Source: an uncultured bacterium (GTDB lineage Bacteria > Oederibacteriota > JAAXVQ01 > JAUVAV01). From it: DNA of 32,000 nt. Each line of letters opens with the position of its first letter. The first letter of the stretch is position 1. Below, in pieces: positions 1-11,471 of this stretch. Location of the stretch: the NCBI GenBank assembly GCA_964630235.1, contig CAZVUO010000001.1, positions 1,026,506-1,058,505 of the forward strand, read 5' to 3'. The position numbers and the translations under genes are program-made. The notes below the pieces were generated by a model, which was not told the origin of the DNA, searched no databases, and saw only the letters and a program-made list of their open reading frames with translations.

Positions 1-56
1 CTCGCAATGACCTTCGAGAAAGGTGCTAAGCGCTCATGGTAGCGAGGAGGAATGCA

Positions 57-338
57 ATGCCTGCAACCCGCAAGGCCTGGAAAGTGGATGTGTTGGTCAC
101 CCTGAAGCCGAGCGTCCTGGACCCACAGGGCGCGACCGTGCAGCGCGCCCTGGAATCGCTGGGTTACACGGACCTGGCCAGCGCCCGCCTGGGCAAATAT
201 CTCCAGCTCGTGTTCCGCGGGCGCCTGAGCCGCAAGCAGGTGGAACAGCAGGCCCGGCGCATGTGCGACAAGCTGCTGGTCAATCCGGTCATCGAGCAGT
301 ACCGCCTGACCATCCTGGCCGACGGAGGCCAGGCGTGA
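57..338 (+). CDS. purS: FGAM synthase subunit PurS
   Basis: ORF 36..338 has a PurS-like sequence ([29 protein letters not shown]...). The in-frame ATG at 57 lies 6 nt after AGGAGG (45-50), so it is preferred over 36. The stop overlaps the purQ GTG start (GTGA, 335-338). Confidence 0.88.
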   Translation: MPATRKAWKVDVLVTLKPSVLDPQGATVQRALESLGYTDLASARLGKYLQLVFRGRLSRKQVEQQARRMCDKLLVNPVIEQYRLTILADGGQA

Positions 339-1036
339 AATTCGGCGTGGTGGTGTTCCCGGGCAGCAACTGCGACCACGACTGCTACTACGCGGTCCGC
401 GACGTGCTGGGCCGGCCCGCGCGCTTCATCTGGCACGGGGAGCGGTCCCTGCCGGACGTGGACTGCGTGATCCTGCCCGGCGGGTTCTCCTACGGCGACT
501 ACCTGCGCACCGGCGCGATCGCGCGTTTTTCGCCGGTCATGGACGCGGTGCGGCGCCACGCCGAACGCGGCCGGCCGCTGATCGGCATCTGCAACGGCTT
601 CCAGATCCTGCTCGAAGCCGGCCTGCTTCCCGGCGCCATGCTCCGCAACCGCGACCTGCATTTCATCTGCCGCTACGTGCACCTGCGCGTGGAATCCCGG
701 CGCTCGCCTTTTACCCGGCAGCTGGCCGAAGGCCAGGTGCTCAAGATCCCGGTCGCGCACGGCGAGGGCAATTATTTCTGCGATCCCGGCACGCTGGAAC
801 GCCTGCGGGCCAACGGCCAGATCCTGTTCCGTTACTGCGGACCGGACGGCGCGGTCGGCCCTGAGCACAATCCCAACGGTTCCCTGGACAGCATCGCCGG
901 CATCTGCAGCACGGCCGGCAACGTGGTGGGCATGATGCCCCATCCCGAGCGGTGCATGGAGCCGGCCATGGGCTCCACGGACGGAAGGGAACTGTTCCGT
1001 TCCTTGCTGGCAGAAGCCGCCGCCCGCATCGCGTGA
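335..1036 (+). CDS. purQ: FGAM synthase glutamine amidotransferase subunit PurQ
   Basis: Lies inside ORF 23..1036. The GTG at 335 gives [16 protein letters not shown]. Class I amidotransferase nucleophile context GICNGFQ and MMPHPER are present. The upstream part of the 337-aa ORF only overlaps purS out of frame. Confidence 0.93.
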   Translation: MKFGVVVFPGSNCDHDCYYAVRDVLGRPARFIWHGERSLPDVDCVILPGGFSYGDYLRTGAIARFSPVMDAVRRHAERGRPLIGICNGFQILLEAGLLPGAMLRNRDLHFICRYVHLRVESRRSPFTRQLAEGQVLKIPVAHGEGNYFCDPGTLERLRANGQILFRYCGPDGAVGPEHNPNGSLDSIAGICSTAGNVVGMMPHPERCMEPAMGSTDGRELFRSLLAEAAARIA

Positions 1037-1061
1037 TCCCCGTCGCGAGGTCGAAACATCC

Positions 1062-3584
1062 GTGACCCGCAAACCTTCCGCGCCTGTTCGTCCCATGCAA
1101 ACCGGCCTGCCGCTCTGGCTGCTCCTGCTCCTGGCCGGCTGGCTGGCCTTCCTCGCTTACCACACCCTGCGCGCCCATCCCATCTCCCTCAGGTCCTGGA
1201 CGACGTTCTTCGATCTTTCCCGGTTCGGGCCCCTGCAGTGGACCGTGGCCGGCCCGCACCTGCTCTCCCTGCTCAAGAACCTTCTGCTCCTGGCCGCCTG
1301 GCTGGCCGCGGCCTACGGGCCGGGCCAGTTCCTGCGCCGGCGCTGGCTGGCCGTTCAGGCGCCGCGTCTGGAGCTGGCGCTGGAAAGCCTGGCCCTCGGG
1401 TTCGCGCTGTGGATGCTCCTGCTGTTCGGCCTGGCCAGCCTCGGCCTGCTCTACCCGTGGCTCATGGCGCTCCTGCTGTTTCCGGCCGCGGGCTGGGGCC
1501 TCTGGGCCGCGTGCCAGCACCGCGACGACCTGCGTCCCCGGCGCGGCTGGCTCCTGGGCCGGCCCGGCTGGCCCGAAGCGGGCCTGGCCGCGGTTGTTTT
1601 TCTGTTCGCGTCTTTTACAGCCGCCATGGCCCTCACGCCGGAAATCTTTTTCGATTCCCTGGTCTACCACCTGGCCGTGCCCGCGGCCTGGATCCGCCAG
1701 CATGGGTTTACGCCCCTCCCGTACAACTTTTTTTCCAACTTTCCCATGGGCCTGGAGATGCTGTACACCGGCAGCCTGCTCCTGTCCGACGAAATTCTCT
1801 GCCGCCTGCTGCACACGGTTCTTGGCTGGCTGGCCGGCCTGTCCACCTTTGCCCTGGGACGGCGCTGGTTCGGCCGCAAGGCAGGGCTCTGGGCCTTGGG
1901 ACTGTTCCTGTGCATTCCCGTGGTGGTCATGAACCAGCTGGTCTCGGGCGTGGACGTGGCGGCGGTTTTTTTCGGCGTCCTGGCCGTGAACCGGTTCTGG
2001 GCCTGGGCCCTGGGTCCGGCCCAGGACGGATCGCGGCAGGGACTTCTGGCCGCCGGCCTGCTCATGGGTGCATCCCTGGGCGTGAAATACAACATGATTT
2101 TTCTTCATGCCCCGGCCGTGGCCATCGGCGGCTTTTTGGCGTGGAAGCAGGGCCGGCGGGTTTCCGACCTGATGAAGACCCTCCTGCTGCTGGCTGCCGC
2201 GGGGTCGCTCCTGGTTTTGCCCTGGATGGTGAAGAGCACGGCCTACACCGGCAATCCGGTGTTTCCCTTCCTGTACCGCCTCCTGCCCAGCCCGCAGGTG
2301 CACCCTGAAAAGATGCAGCAGCAAATGGACGGCTTCAAGGAATACGGCCAGCGCACCTGGACCCAGTTCCTGCGCCAGCCGTGGGACCTGACCTTCTACC
2401 TGCCGACCAGTAATTCCTTCATCGGGCAGGCTTTCCTGTTTCTTTTGCCCGGCGTTCTGATCCTGGCCTGGGCCTCCCGCCGGGGGCCTCCGGCCGCGTG
2501 GTGCTTTCTCGCCACGGCCGCGGCGGCCGTGCTGGCGTGGAGCAGCCAGACGCAGATCACGCGCTACTTGATCCCCGTGTTTCCGGTCCTGGCCGTGCTG
2601 TCCGCCGTGGCGCTGAACCAGTGGGAAGCGCGGCACGCACTCCTGGCCGGCCTGGGACGGCTGGGCGTGCTGGGTTTTTGGCTCTGGAGCTTCGGCGTCA
2701 CCCTGACCATCGGCCTGCCGAACTACGACCCCTTCGGCGTGCTCCTCGGCCGCGAATCCCGCTGGGCCTATCTGGACCGAAAACTCATGAACAGCTATGC
2801 GCCCCTGGCCCGGCAGGTGAACGCGCTTCCGCCGCGGAGCAAGGTGCTTCTCTTCGGCGAAACCCGCTCCTATTATTTTGACCGGGAGGTGACCGCGGCC
2901 ACGGTCTACGACTACAACCCCCTGCTGGAATGGATCGCCGGGGCCGGATCCGGCGAGGAGGTGTGGCGGCGCCTGCGGCAGGAAGGGTACACGCACGTGC
3001 TGGTGCATGGCGCGGAGGCCGCCCGCACCCGGGGCTACGAGCCCCGCCGCTGGACCGGCGCGGACGTGCGGCGCTGGCAGGAGCTCGAGGCCCGCTACTG
3101 GCGGCCAGCCGCGGCGCACGGCGCCCAGCAGCTGTTCGAGGTGCGCGCGGAACCTGATCCCGGCGCGCCGGTCAAAGCCGGCCGCCCGCTGTTCGCGTAC
3201 GATCCGGACCTGCTGGGCAACATCATCGCCGGGTATCAGCAGGCCTCGGTTGCCCTGCAAAAAGGCGACCATGAAGGCGCGCGGGTCCGCTGGCTGCAGC
3301 TGACCCGGATTGCCCCGGACTGGGGGCCGGCCTACGTGGACCTGGCCTGGCTCAGCCTCCGGGCCGAGCGCCAGGACGAGGCCTTCGCTTTTTACCAGCA
3401 GGCTGACCGCCTGATCGTGCTGGACCCGGGGTCCTACAACAATCTGGGCGTTCTGTATCAGCGGGCCGGGCGCGTCGCGGACGCCAGGCGCTGTTTCCGT
3501 GAAGCCCTGGCCGCGGCGCCGGGCCTGGAGGCCGCAAGGGACAATTTAGATCAACTCGAAAAGGCCGCGCCGAAGGATCAATAG
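1062..3584 (+). CDS. Polytopic membrane protein with C-terminal TPR repeats, GT-C-type glycosyltransferase-like (family unresolved)
   Basis: 840-aa ORF. The first ~560 aa are a run of >10 hydrophobic helices. The C-terminus has TPR-like repeats (NNLGVLYQRAGRVADARRCFREALAAAP). This architecture recalls PMT/ArnT/DUF2723-type GT-C enzymes. Start is GTG 1062 or ATG 1095. Confidence 0.6.
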   Translation: MTRKPSAPVRPMQTGLPLWLLLLLAGWLAFLAYHTLRAHPISLRSWTTFFDLSRFGPLQWTVAGPHLLSLLKNLLLLAAWLAAAYGPGQFLRRRWLAVQAPRLELALESLALGFALWMLLLFGLASLGLLYPWLMALLLFPAAGWGLWAACQHRDDLRPRRGWLLGRPGWPEAGLAAVVFLFASFTAAMALTPEIFFDSLVYHLAVPAAWIRQHGFTPLPYNFFSNFPMGLEMLYTGSLLLSDEILCRLLHTVLGWLAGLSTFALGRRWFGRKAGLWALGLFLCIPVVVMNQLVSGVDVAAVFFGVLAVNRFWAWALGPAQDGSRQGLLAAGLLMGASLGVKYNMIFLHAPAVAIGGFLAWKQGRRVSDLMKTLLLLAAAGSLLVLPWMVKSTAYTGNPVFPFLYRLLPSPQVHPEKMQQQMDGFKEYGQRTWTQFLRQPWDLTFYLPTSNSFIGQAFLFLLPGVLILAWASRRGPPAAWCFLATAAAAVLAWSSQTQITRYLIPVFPVLAVLSAVALNQWEARHALLAGLGRLGVLGFWLWSFGVTLTIGLPNYDPFGVLLGRESRWAYLDRKLMNSYAPLARQVNALPPRSKVLLFGETRSYYFDREVTAATVYDYNPLLEWIAGAGSGEEVWRRLRQEGYTHVLVHGAEAARTRGYEPRRWTGADVRRWQELEARYWRPAAAHGAQQLFEVRAEPDPGAPVKAGRPLFAYDPDLLGNIIAGYQQASVALQKGDHEGARVRWLQLTRIAPDWGPAYVDLAWLSLRAERQDEAFAFYQQADRLIVLDPGSYNNLGVLYQRAGRVADARRCFREALAAAPGLEAARDNLDQLEKAAPKDQ

Positions 3585-3590
3585 AAGTTC

Positions 3591-3675
3591 GTCATTCCGG
3601 CGCGTAGTAAGCCGGAATCCAGAGGTCTTGGATACAATCGTCCTGGACCCCGGCTAAGACCATGCCGGGGTGACG
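3591..3675. repeat. Inverted pair of REP-A palindromes (GTCATTCCGGC-N-GCCGGAATCCAG type)
   Basis: 3591-3622 reads gtcattccggcgcgtagtaagccggaatccag. 3643-3675 reads ctggaccccggctaagaccatgccggggtgacg and is the same unit inverted. Related copies are at 10280-10340, 11105-11136, 11440-11471, 14834-14865, 16616-16650, 18510-18541 and 22174-22258. Confidence 0.8.
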
Positions 3676-3693
3676 AATAAAAGAGAGACGACT

Positions 3694-4602
3694 ATGCCGA
3701 CGCAAGACGCATCCCGCGAAGCCGTTCCTTGCAGCGTGTGCGGCGAGCAGCCGCCTGTCCGGCCCGCGTTCGAGAGCAAGGGGTTCCGGATCGTGCGCTG
3801 TCCGCGCTGCGGAGTATTGCGGGTATCGCCGCGCTTGACCGCAAACGCACTGAAAGCGTATTATGGCCCGGCGTATTGGAAAAGCGGCGATTCCGTGGCG
3901 CGGGGCTATTTCGACTACCTCGGCGACGAGGCCAACATCCGCCGCACGTTCCAGCGCAGGTGGCAGTGGCTGGGAAAACGGCTGCCGCGCGCCGGCCGCC
4001 TGCTGGATCTGGGTTGCGCCAGCGGATTCCTGCTGGACGAAGCGCGACGCGCGGGCTGGGACGCGGTCGGGGTGGAATGGTCCGAACACGCCCGCGCGAA
4101 CGCGCCGGCCGCGGTCCGCTCGCGCATCGCGGCCAGCCTCGCGGAGCTGAAGCTCGCGGACGCGAGCGTGGACTGCGTCACGGCCTGGGACTACCTCGAG
4201 CACAGCCAGGACCCGGCTGCTGAACTGGAAACCTGGGCCCGCCTGCTCGCACCCGGCGGCTGGCTGTCGGTCATCATCCCGGACGCCGGATCCTGGCTGG
4301 CGCGGCTCCTGGGCCCCCGCTGGGAAGAGTTCAAAAAGCCCGAAGAGCACCTGTACTTTTTCACGGGCCGGCAGCTCGAACGCCTGCTGGCCCGGCTGGG
4401 CCTGCGCGTTCTGGGCCGCCGCTACGAAGGCAAATACGCCAGCCTGAAGTTCGCGTTCTCGCGGTTCAAACCCGGCGACGGCCCGCTGCACGGAGCCAGC
4501 CGGCTGGCCGGAAAGCTGGCGCGGGCCCTGGGCCTGGAGGACCGCGTGGCGTACGTCAATCCATTCGACAAGCTGCACGTGGTCGCGCAAAAGGCGTCTT
4601 GA
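3694..4602 (+). CDS. Class I SAM-dependent methyltransferase with N-terminal zinc ribbon
   Basis: ORF 3670..4602, with ATG at 3694 preferred. Has CSVCGEQ...CPRCG (CxxC x2) followed by SAM motif I LLDLGCASGFLLDEA. Confidence 0.85.
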   Translation: MPTQDASREAVPCSVCGEQPPVRPAFESKGFRIVRCPRCGVLRVSPRLTANALKAYYGPAYWKSGDSVARGYFDYLGDEANIRRTFQRRWQWLGKRLPRAGRLLDLGCASGFLLDEARRAGWDAVGVEWSEHARANAPAAVRSRIAASLAELKLADASVDCVTAWDYLEHSQDPAAELETWARLLAPGGWLSVIIPDAGSWLARLLGPRWEEFKKPEEHLYFFTGRQLERLLARLGLRVLGRRYEGKYASLKFAFSRFKPGDGPLHGASRLAGKLARALGLEDRVAYVNPFDKLHVVAQKAS

Positions 4603-4778
4603 TCCCCTGCGCAGGCTTACGCGGGGGCGCGAGGTAACATCCATTCATCTGCCTGCTCCGGGGCTGTCGCACCGACTGGAGGTATGATGGGAAAAGTGGC
4701 ACTTCCTGCGGTCGCCCTGAAACGGCAGGATAATTCGAGGCCGGGACGGCTACTCCGGCCCAGGGGCCGGAGGGCTCC

Positions 4779-5477
4779 ATGAAAGTATCGGTATTGATCC
4801 CCGCCCGCAACGAGCAGGCCACGATCAAGGAACTCCTGCGCCGGGTCCTGGCCGAGTTCGAATTCATGGACGGCGAAGCGATCGTGATTGACGACGGCTC
4901 GAGCGACGCCACGGCCGAACTGGCCGCGGAGGTTCCGGGCGTCAAGCTGGTCCGCCTGTCGCCCGGCCGCGGCAAGGGCGCGGCCATCCGGGCCGGCCTC
5001 GCGGAGGCCAGCGGCGACGTGATCTTGGTCCAGGATGCGGACCTGGAATACGATCCCACGGATTACCCGGCCCTGCTCGCGCCCTTCAAGGAAGGCCGGG
5101 CGCAGGCCGTGTACGGATCGCGCCTGCTGGGCGCGCGCGCCGGCCGGCAAACCGGCGTCTCCAATCCGGCTTTTTACTGGGGCGGCCGGTTTTTATCCTG
5201 GTTGACCCGCATTTTGTACGGTGCTAAAATGACCGACGTTGCCACGGGGTACAAGGTTTTTCGCGCCGACGTTTTGCGCGGCCTAGGGCTGGTCCGGGAC
5301 GGATTCGAGTTCTGCCCCGAGGCCACGGCCTTGCTGCTCAAGCAGGGAATTCCCATCCTGGAAGTCCCGATCTCCTACTCCCCCCGTTCCGTGCTGGAAG
5401 GCAAAAAGATCCGCTGGACCGACGGCCTGATCGCGATACGCACGCTGCTGGCCCTGCGGTTCCGCCGCGGCAGGTGA
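4779..5477 (+). CDS. Family 2 glycosyltransferase, polyprenyl-phosphate sugar synthase-like
   Basis: Contains VSVLIPARNE, VIDDGSSDAT and VQDADLEYDP (GT-A/GT2 signature with DAD). The stop is 3 nt before the purL ATG. Confidence 0.88.
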   Translation: MKVSVLIPARNEQATIKELLRRVLAEFEFMDGEAIVIDDGSSDATAELAAEVPGVKLVRLSPGRGKGAAIRAGLAEASGDVILVQDADLEYDPTDYPALLAPFKEGRAQAVYGSRLLGARAGRQTGVSNPAFYWGGRFLSWLTRILYGAKMTDVATGYKVFRADVLRGLGLVRDGFEFCPEATALLLKQGIPILEVPISYSPRSVLEGKKIRWTDGLIAIRTLLALRFRRGR

Positions 5478-5480
5478 AAG

Positions 5481-7767
<2,287 letters not shown>

Positions 7768-7787
<20 letters not shown>

Positions 7788-9228
7788 AGATCTGGAACAA
7801 GGGGATACCATCCACGAGGCCTGCGGCATTGCCGGCGTGTTCGGGATGCCGGAAGCGGCCAACCTGGTGTACCTCATGCTGCACGCGCTCCAGCACCGGG
7901 GCCAGGAGGGCGCGGGCATCGTCTCGGCCAGCCAGCAGGGGTTCCTGTCCGTGCGCGGAGCGGGCCTGGTGGCCGACGTGTTCAACGCGGCCAAGCTCGC
8001 CACCCTGGAGGGCGGTTCGGCCATCGGGCACGTGCGCTATTCCACCACCGGGCCCTCGGTCGAGAAGAACGCCCAGCCCCTGGTGGTCGAATGCCGGCGC
8101 GGCCATCTGGGCCTGGCGCACAACGGCAACCTGGTCAACGCCGATGGCCTGCGCCAGGAGCTGGTGGACAAGGGCGCGATCTTCCAGACCTCTTCTGATT
8201 CCGAGGTCCTGATCCACCTGCTGGCGCACGAGCGGGAAAAGGATTTCCTCGCGGCGCTTACCCAGAGCCTGCGGCAGCTGCAGGGCGCTTACTCCTTCCT
8301 GCTGCTGCGCGACCACGCCTTGATCGCCATCCGTGATCCCTACGGCTTCCGGCCCCTGGCCATCGGCCGCATGGGGGAAGGTTATGTGTTCGCCTCCGAG
8401 ACCTGCGCCTTTGACCTGATCGGCGCGGAGTACGTGCGCGACGTGGAACCGGGCGAGGCGGTGTGGGTGGACAAGAACGGCCTGCAGTCCTACCGTTTCA
8501 GCGCCGTGCCCACGCCCGGCGCGCTCTGCATTTTCGAGCACATCTACTTCAGCCGGCCGGACTCGCGCATCTTCGGCGACTCCTGCTGGGAGGCGCGCAA
8601 GCGCCTGGGCGTCATGCTCGCCAAGGAGAACCGGCACGCGGCGGACCTGGTGGTGCCGGTGCCGGACTCGGGCGTGTGCGCGGCCATCGGGTTCGCCCAG
8701 GAGGCCGGGATCCCCTTCGAGATGGCGCTCATCCGCAACCACTACGTGGGCCGGACCTTCATCGAACCGTCCCAGAACATCCGCGACTTCGGCGTGCGCC
8801 TCAAGTTCAACGTGGTGCGCGAAGCGGTCAAGGACAAGCGGGTGATCGTGATCGACGATTCGCTGGTGCGCGGCACCACCTCCCGCAAGATCGTGAAGAT
8901 GCTGCGCCAGGCCGGCGCCAGGGAAGTGCATTTGCGGCTCAGCTCGTCGCCGGTCACGCATCCCTGTTTCTACGGCATGGATTTTCCCACGCGCCAGGAG
9001 CTAATCGCGGCCACGCACACCCTGGAGGAGATCGCCAAATACCTGCGCGTGGACAGCGTGGCCTACCTGTCCATCGAGGGCATGCTGGCCGCCATGCCGG
9101 ACCAGCAGAGGAAGTTCTGCCGCGCCTGCTTTACCGGCGACTATCCGGTGGATTTTTCCGACCGCGGCCGCCGGTCCGACCAGCACGTGGAGGAAAAAGA
9201 AGTGGCCAAGGAGCGATTCAACCACTGA
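7768..9228 (+). CDS. purF: Amidophosphoribosyltransferase PurF
   Basis: Short propeptide followed by the Ntn nucleophile CGIAGVFG. PRTase motif [14 protein letters not shown] and Cys cluster [10 protein letters not shown] are present. Overlaps the purL end by 20 nt. Confidence 0.95.
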
Positions 9229-10274
9229 TGAGCGCGACCACTCGCAAACCGATCGATCCGTACGCCGAAGCTGGTGTCAACATTGACGCGGGCAACGAGA
9301 CCGTGCGGCGCATCAAAGCCCACGTGCAGTCCACGCGCACCCCTGAGGTACTGGCCGATGTGGGCGCGTTCGGCGGCCTGTTCAAACTGCCGGCCAAGCT
9401 GAAGGCGCCGGTGCTGGTGGCCTCCACGGACGGCGTGGGCACCAAGATCCTGGTCGCGGCCGCGGCCAACCGCTTCGACACCATCGGACAGGACCTGGTC
9501 AACCACTGCGTGAACGACATCCTGGTGCAGGGCGCCAGGCCGCTGTTTTTTCTCGATTACTTCGCCACGGGCAAGCTCGAACCCAAGATGGTGGAGCAGA
9601 TCGTGAAAGGCCTGGCCCAGGCCTGCCGCGAGAATCACTGCGCGCTCCTGGGCGGCGAGACCGCCGAGATGCCGGGCCTGTACCTGGACCAGGATTTCGA
9701 TCTGGCCGGCACGATCGTGGGCGTGGTGGAGCGGAAGAACATCATTGACGGCGGGAGCATCAAGCCCGGCGACGCGATCATCGGCCTGCCTTCCACGGGC
9801 CTGCACACCAACGGCTACTCCCTGGCGCGCAAGATCTTCTTCTCGGACCTTATGCTCACCCCGCGTACCGTGATCCCGGAGCTGGGCCTGTCCGTGGCCG
9901 AGGCGCTCATGGCCGTGCACCGCTCTTACCTACCTGCCATCTGGCCGCTTTTCAAGAGCGTCACCATTAAAGGCCTGGCGCACATCACGGGCGGCGGGTT
10001 CCTGGAGAACATCCCGCGCATCCTGCCGCACGGTGTCTGCGCCCGCATCCGCAAGGGTTCGTGGCCAGTCCTGCCGGTCTTTTCCTTCATGGCCCAGAAG
10101 GCCAGCCTGCCGGAAACCACCCTGTACCGGACCTTCAACATGGGCATTGGCATGGTGGTGATCGTGCCCAAATCCCAGGCCGACCGCACCCTCCAGCTCC
10201 TCAAACAGAAAAAAGAAAAAGCATACCTGATCGGCGAGATCGGGAAAGGGAAACGGGAGGTCAGGCTGGTTTAA
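9228..10274 (+). CDS. purM: AIR synthetase PurM
   Basis: Lies inside ORF 8463..10274. The ATG at 9228 overlaps the purF stop (TGATG). Contains YAEAGVNIDAGN, ASTDGVGTK and GGETAEMPG. The 5' 255 codons of the long ORF overlap purF in another frame. Confidence 0.95.
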   Translation: MSATTRKPIDPYAEAGVNIDAGNETVRRIKAHVQSTRTPEVLADVGAFGGLFKLPAKLKAPVLVASTDGVGTKILVAAAANRFDTIGQDLVNHCVNDILVQGARPLFFLDYFATGKLEPKMVEQIVKGLAQACRENHCALLGGETAEMPGLYLDQDFDLAGTIVGVVERKNIIDGGSIKPGDAIIGLPSTGLHTNGYSLARKIFFSDLMLTPRTVIPELGLSVAEALMAVHRSYLPAIWPLFKSVTIKGLAHITGGGFLENIPRILPHGVCARIRKGSWPVLPVFSFMAQKASLPETTLYRTFNMGIGMVVIVPKSQADRTLQLLKQKKEKAYLIGEIGKGKREVRLV

Positions 10275-10279
10275 TAGCT

Positions 10280-10340
10280 ATCGTCACCCCGGCGTTTACT
10301 TTAACTATGATCGTCACCCCGGCGAAAGCCGGGGTCCAAT
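10280..10340 (+). repeat. REP-A half copy plus full copy
   Basis: atcgtcaccccggcg (10280-10294) is repeated at 10310, where it completes the hairpin gtcaccccggc gaaa gccggggtcc. Confidence 0.7.
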
Positions 10341-10345
10341 TTAAT

Positions 10346-10380
10346 AAGGGGCGCGATATCTTCTTCGCGCCCCTTTTTTT
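10346..10380 (+). terminator. Rho-independent terminator after purM
   Basis: Stem ggggcgcga / tcgcgcccc with an 8-nt loop, followed by a T7 run (10374-10380). Confidence 0.8.
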
Positions 10381-10388
10381 ATTAATAA

Positions 10389-10418
10389 CCCCTCTCCCTT
10401 GAGGGGAGAGGGTGAGGG
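10389..10418. repeat. REP-D palindrome, left island edge
   Basis: Reads cccctctcccttgaggggagagggtgaggg. Its reverse complement, with a 1-nt indel, sits at 20197-20225. Confidence 0.75.
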
Positions 10419-11094
10419 AGAGGGTGCTGAGATTTTCCTCCCCCTTTTCTAAAGGGGGAGAAGGGGGATTACTCCTAAACCTTCAAGCTGGAGGTTGATT
10501 AAATGTTAGTAATCTCCCCTTGCCCCTCTTTAAGAAAGAGGGGTAGAGGGCGGAAGGTCTTTATCTCCTGCTCATCTGTTCCACTGCTCAACTGCTCAAC
10601 TGCTCTGCCCTGCGTACTCTGCAGGGCTTGGGGGGAGGGTGAGGGAGAGGGTGCTGAGAATTGCTTCCCCCTTTTCTAAAGGGGGAGAAGGGGGATTACT
10701 CCTAAACCTTCAAGCTGGAAGTTGATTGATTGTTAGTAATCTCCCCTTGCCCCTCTTTAAAAAAGAGGGGGAGAGGAAGGAAAGTCTTTACCTCCTGCTC
10801 ACCTGTTCAACTACTCAACTGCTCTGCCCTGCGTACTTTGCAGGGCTTGGGGGGAGGGCGAGGGAGAGGGTGCTAAGATTTTCCTCCCCCTTTTCTAAAG
10901 GGGGAGAAGGGGGATTACTCCTAAACCTTCAAGCTGGAGGTTGATTAAATGTTAGTAATCTCCCCTTGCCCCTCTTTAAGAAAGAGGGGTAGAGGGCGGA
11001 AGGTCTTTATCTCCTGCTCACCTATTCAACTACTCAACTGCTCTGCCCTGCGTACTCTGCAGGGCTTGGGGGGAGAGTGAGGGAGAGGGTGAAC
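10411..11094 (+). repeat. Three tandem ~219-227-bp composite repeat units
   Basis: The unit start GG(T/C)GAGGGAGAGGGTGCT recurs at 10411, 10638 and 10857, with a partial fourth start at 11076. Each unit holds four or five distinct hairpins, e.g. ccccctttt cta aaaggggg, cccctcttt aag aaagagggg and gccctgc gtactct gcagggc. Confidence 0.85.
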
Positions 11095-11099
11095 ATCGC

Positions 11100-11136
11100 T
11101 TGCCGTCATACCGGAATGCCCCTAACCGGTATCCAG
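11100..11136 (+). repeat. 37-nt direct repeat, copy 1 (contains REP-A)
   Basis: ttgccgtcataccggaatgcccctaaccggtatccag, repeated at 11435-11471 with 1 mismatch. Confidence 0.85.
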
Positions 11137-11142
11137 ACGGGG

Positions 11143-11367
11143 TTAATCCCAAATTTGGTCGCGCAGGTAATCTGGATGCAAGGTTAGAATTTTGACTAGG
11201 ATGAATGTGAATAGAGCCGGGATCAAACCTAAAACCAGGCCAAAAAAAGAATAGGTGTAAAAAAGAAAAAACACGAAAAAGACCGGATGCTTGGTCATGG
11301 TCAGCGCCCCGCTAAGGCAAGTATAGCGCGGGTAGGAGAGGGTGGCAATGGCCCTCTGCCTTTTCAT
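11143..11367 (-). CDS. Hypothetical small two-helix membrane protein
   Basis: Part of ORF 11143..11379. The ATG at 11367 follows GGAGG. The hydrophobic core reads HPVFFVFFLFYTYSFFGLVLGLIPALFTFILVKIL. No recognisable family. An alternative ATG is at 11298. Confidence 0.4.
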   Translation of the reverse strand: MKRQRAIATLSYPRYTCLSGALTMTKHPVFFVFFLFYTYSFFGLVLGLIPALFTFILVKILTLHPDYLRDQIWD

Positions 11368-11434
11368 CCCCCTCCCCAAGTTTCATGGTGGGAGGGGCGT
11401 AGGGGAGGGGGTTTAATGCATGTTAAATAATAGT

Positions 11435-11471
11435 TTGCCGTCATACCGGAATGCCCCTAACCAGTATCCAG
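11435..11471 (+). repeat. 37-nt direct repeat, copy 2
   Basis: 36/37 identical to 11100-11136. The pair brackets the small minus-strand ORF. Confidence 0.85.

Noticed and set aside
741-3272. Very long antisense or alternative-frame ORFs in the high-GC core. Examples are 741..3272(-), 164..1096(-), 5283..7655(-), 5660..6817(+), 7615..8961(-), 25909..27510(-), 27629..30133(-) and 29973..30905(-).
   Set aside because: They lie opposite to, or out of frame with, genes carrying unmistakable pur-enzyme motifs. Their products are Arg/Gly/Pro/Ala-rich low-complexity strings. Stop-codon scarcity in high-GC DNA explains them.
8463-9227. N-terminal extensions of track ORFs (8463..10274, 23..1036, 29826..31328, 31040..31969, 21420..22151).
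   Set aside because: The upstream portions overlap the preceding, well-supported gene in another frame. Internal ATG/GTG starts with an RBS or stop-start overlap give proteins of canonical length.
10061-10944. ORFs 10061..10402 and 10726..10944 across the purM terminator and the tandem repeats.
   Set aside because: They are translations of palindromic repeat DNA (PLPLFKKEGERKES..., GGEGGLLLNLQAGG). They have no start context and each repeats the same pseudo-peptide per unit.
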